A DNA stretch of 64,000 nucleotides from Podarcis vaucheri (Eukaryota). Positions 61,036 to 64,000 of the stretch are shown piece after piece (within the stretch, counting starts at the first letter, position 1; the number at the start of each line of letters is the position of its first letter). Location: NCBI GenBank assembly GCA_965113315.1, contig OZ220365.1. The stretch is one strand, 5' to 3'. The notes below the pieces were generated by a model. The model did no database searches, was not told the DNA's origin, and worked only from the letters and a program-made list of their open reading frames with translations. A program made the position numbers and the translations under genes.

Positions 61036-61189
61036 CAGTGCTTTTTCTTTCTTTCTGAGGGGACACAGGGGTACGCATACCCTTAAACATTTTGTTAATG
61101 TAAGTTTGGCCTCATTGAGGGGTAGTACTTCAATATGAGTAGGAAAATGAGACTACCCCTAAAAATGTTTTTTATAGAAAAAAGCACTG
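61036..61189. mobile_element. Short hAT-type MITE
   Basis: TIR CAGTGCTTTTT / AAAAAGCACTG; imperfect 8-bp TSD tgtgtagg/tatgtagc. Confidence 0.7.
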
Positions 61190-64000
61190 TATGTAGCACT
61201 GTACACACGATCTGTTAAATTTCTGAAGTGTAGGTTCTAACCAACAGAGCTGTTAACCTAATGGCCATGGCGCTCCATCCAGTTTTTAAAAAGAGTTGGC
61301 CTGTTGATGCAATGTTGGTAGCTAGAGACAGAGAGGAACTGGAAGTGGAAATGACTTTTTCTTTTCATACATTGCTTTGATTGTGTGGTTAGATTTTAAT
61401 TGGATCATCTGGCTGACTTGGACTGCTTTCAGGAGCTTTAGATGTGATATGATATTTTAAAGGACTGTAAGAGCACTTCCAGACGGCTGCTTCCCCCGCG
61501 ATGGCAGAACGAAACAGGAAGGAAGGGGAAGAGATGCACTTGGGTTTTGCACCGCAGTTGATTGTGTCACCTCTGTGGATCTTCCATTCCATTTGGATTA
61601 GTAATAAGCATGGGGATTACGGATGTCTCCTACCGGATTGAAAGCGCTAGACATGTTGCTGCTGTGCTCCTGAAGCTGTTCTTCCAGAAGCCTCTGTGTA
61701 AAGGTCCTCTAACAGAAGAAAAATGCAAATGGATGTTGGGACTTTCTTTCAAACCCAGCTTGCGTCAGCTCCTTGCATGGCAAAGCCTGCAGTTGTTGCC
61801 ACTACAACTCTGAACTAAACAGCACAGGCTCCCTTGCAGGACTGAGTGGGAGAATGCAAAAAATAATAATATTTCAGCTACTACATCTTCAACCATGGGG
61901 ACAGATGTGTCTTTTGATGTGTACAGGCATGCTCATTTACATCCGAAGTCTATTAGTCGTTACATGGAACAGCAGTTGGATCAGGGCCTTAGCCCTGTGG
62001 ATTGTTTTTAAATATTTGGTAATTTCCCATAGATTCTAGACCAGGGGTAAAAACCAGAGTGGCCCTTTAGATGGTCACCAACTCCCATCAGCTTCAGCCA
62101 ACATGACCAACAACACAGTCAACAACCAGGGAAGATGGGAATTGTAGTCCAACAATATTTGGGGCCCAGGGTTGAAGAGCACTGTTCTAGATCTTCTAAA
62201 TCTTAGACCTGCTTTCCAGAGGTAATCTCCCAACAACTACGCCATCTTTTTCCTAACATCTCTCCTATCTTCCAATATTTAACCATCGTTGTCTACCAAG
62301 TACCATTTTAAGCTCCCCTCTTGCTACATGAAATGGCAACTCACCCTAGGCACTATTCATTCTCCATTTGAAATCCTGTTTCAGATGGGCACCTCCTTTC
62401 CTTTACAGACCCAATTCCTGCAGGGTGAGAATGTTATAGCTATGAAAAATGAACCAGCTCATGCCAGGTATCCTGTGAGAGCTGTGGAAGAACTGACAGA
62501 AAAACACTTTAAATCAACACTGCAAATGCGGGATTAGAATGAAAAGGTGACTAGAAACTGTATTGATTATTGCATAGGTAAGATGAATGTTTGTGATTTT
62601 CTGTTTGTTGGAGGCGTGTTTGTTTTTCTGCCAAAATTTATATGGGGATTTTCTAGGCAAGTATCCCTTTAAATCAAGGTTATGCTCCTCACACCCGGCT
62701 TCCCTGTTAATTGACTATAGCTCTACCAGCTTGGCTTCAAAAGACAGGGGAAATGAGCCAACCCCCTTATCACACCATAGCCTAGGCCTCTGCAGGTGTA
62801 CGCAAGCTTTCTAGTCTCATTTTACTGAACCCCTGAAAACAAAACCCACGTTAAGAGATTGAGCCATTGCTGCAGAGCTGTTGCCATCCTCCTTCCTCTG
62901 CATCTCCCTCCTCTTTTCTCCCTAAAAAACAGGGGTTTTTTTAAGAAAAAAGTTTGAAGTTACTACAACTTTAACCCCCCCCCCCACAGCAGATCATGAC
63001 AGCAGCACGGATGCTGTCACAACTGCCCTAATCAGAGTGTCCCACTCTGAGGGAAGGACTTTCCCCCTTACAGGTTATTCTTCAAGTGAGGGGGGAGGAG
63101 GTGAGCTTTGGCAGGTGGGAGGAGCTAAGAGACCAGCTAACTGAGGCAGGTGTTTGGCTTGAGAGGAGAACAATCCACCTGTGGCACTTGCCTCACTTTG
63201 CCTAATGGAAGGGCTGGTCCTGTCTGAAAATGTAGATGCAATGTGGCAGTTTCATGTGTGGAAGTCAACTTTTGATGTTGACATCCGCCACTAAGGCCCT
63301 ATCTGCACTATACATTTAAAACCATATCATATTGCTTTAAACAATCCTGGCTTCCCCCAAACAACCCTGGGAACAGTAGTTTGTTAAGGGTGCTGAAAGT
63401 TTTTAGGAGATCTCCATTCCGCTCACAGAGCTACAATTGTCTGAGTGGTTTAATGATCTGGGAATCATAGCTCCGGCATGGGAATAGTGGTTTCCTCACC
63501 AAAATGGATGGATTCTCCTGCCCCTTCTTGCCAGGTCTGCAAGCACCTTTGCTCTTGAGTCACAGGTGACAAAGAGGGAGGATTTGGGTTCAAGGCAGAG
63601 ATCAGGATATGGTTGACAGGGTTATGAGGAGGCCAAAATGACTTTAGGCTGCTCTTGGGATTTTTGCAGGTTCTTCCAGGTCCTCAGTTGTAGTTCTCTC
63701 ACACCTCTTCCTCAGAGGAGGCCTCCGGAGGGTCCGTGTTGGGCCGGATTCTGACAACAATCCTTTGGAGACTTGAGATGTCTTTTTAATTATCCCCTCT
63801 GTCGATATAGCTGGAATTCCTAGCAGCCCTGGGAAACCAGCAAAGGATACCTCCAGAACCTTTGCATAGAAAACAGTAGCCCTGAGCTGTGCGAAATTTG
63901 CCTCTGGACAAGACTTTCTAATTCTGAACAGAGGGAGCCATGGAAGCTCACATTTAATTACACAAGTCATTAAAATGGATTGAAATCTGCTTATTTTGAA

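Overview
Vertebrate genomic DNA. The repeat content (Sauria/Squam-type SINEs, CR1, L1, Rex1, BovB, Penelope, hAT and Tc1/mariner MITEs) points to a squamate, probably a lacertid lizard (inference). The left 27 kb holds coding exons 1-14 of PARP1 on the minus strand: ATG at 27238, all introns GT-AG, phases consistent, 686 codons covering ZnF1, ZnF2, NLS/DEVD, ZnF3, BRCT, WGR and the start of the helical domain. The gene continues off the left edge. A CpG-island promoter lies at about 26.5-27.8 kb. The remaining ~36 kb is repeat-rich with no confidently recognisable host gene. The most notable items are: two Penelope-associated minimal hammerhead ribozyme motifs, one beside an open RT/GIY-YIG frame; a TSD-flanked, internally deleted L1 derivative nested in a MITE in PARP1 intron 6, co-oriented with the gene; clustered non-conservative substitutions in the PARP1 ZnF3 loop; an exon 8/9 junction that rebuilds a 5' splice site; several long MITE hairpins; a 1064-bp solo LTR; and a probable false 1.2-kb duplication around a 200-N gap. 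I found no clearly novel multi-gene system. Repeat family names and human comparisons come from recalled knowledge, not from database searches.
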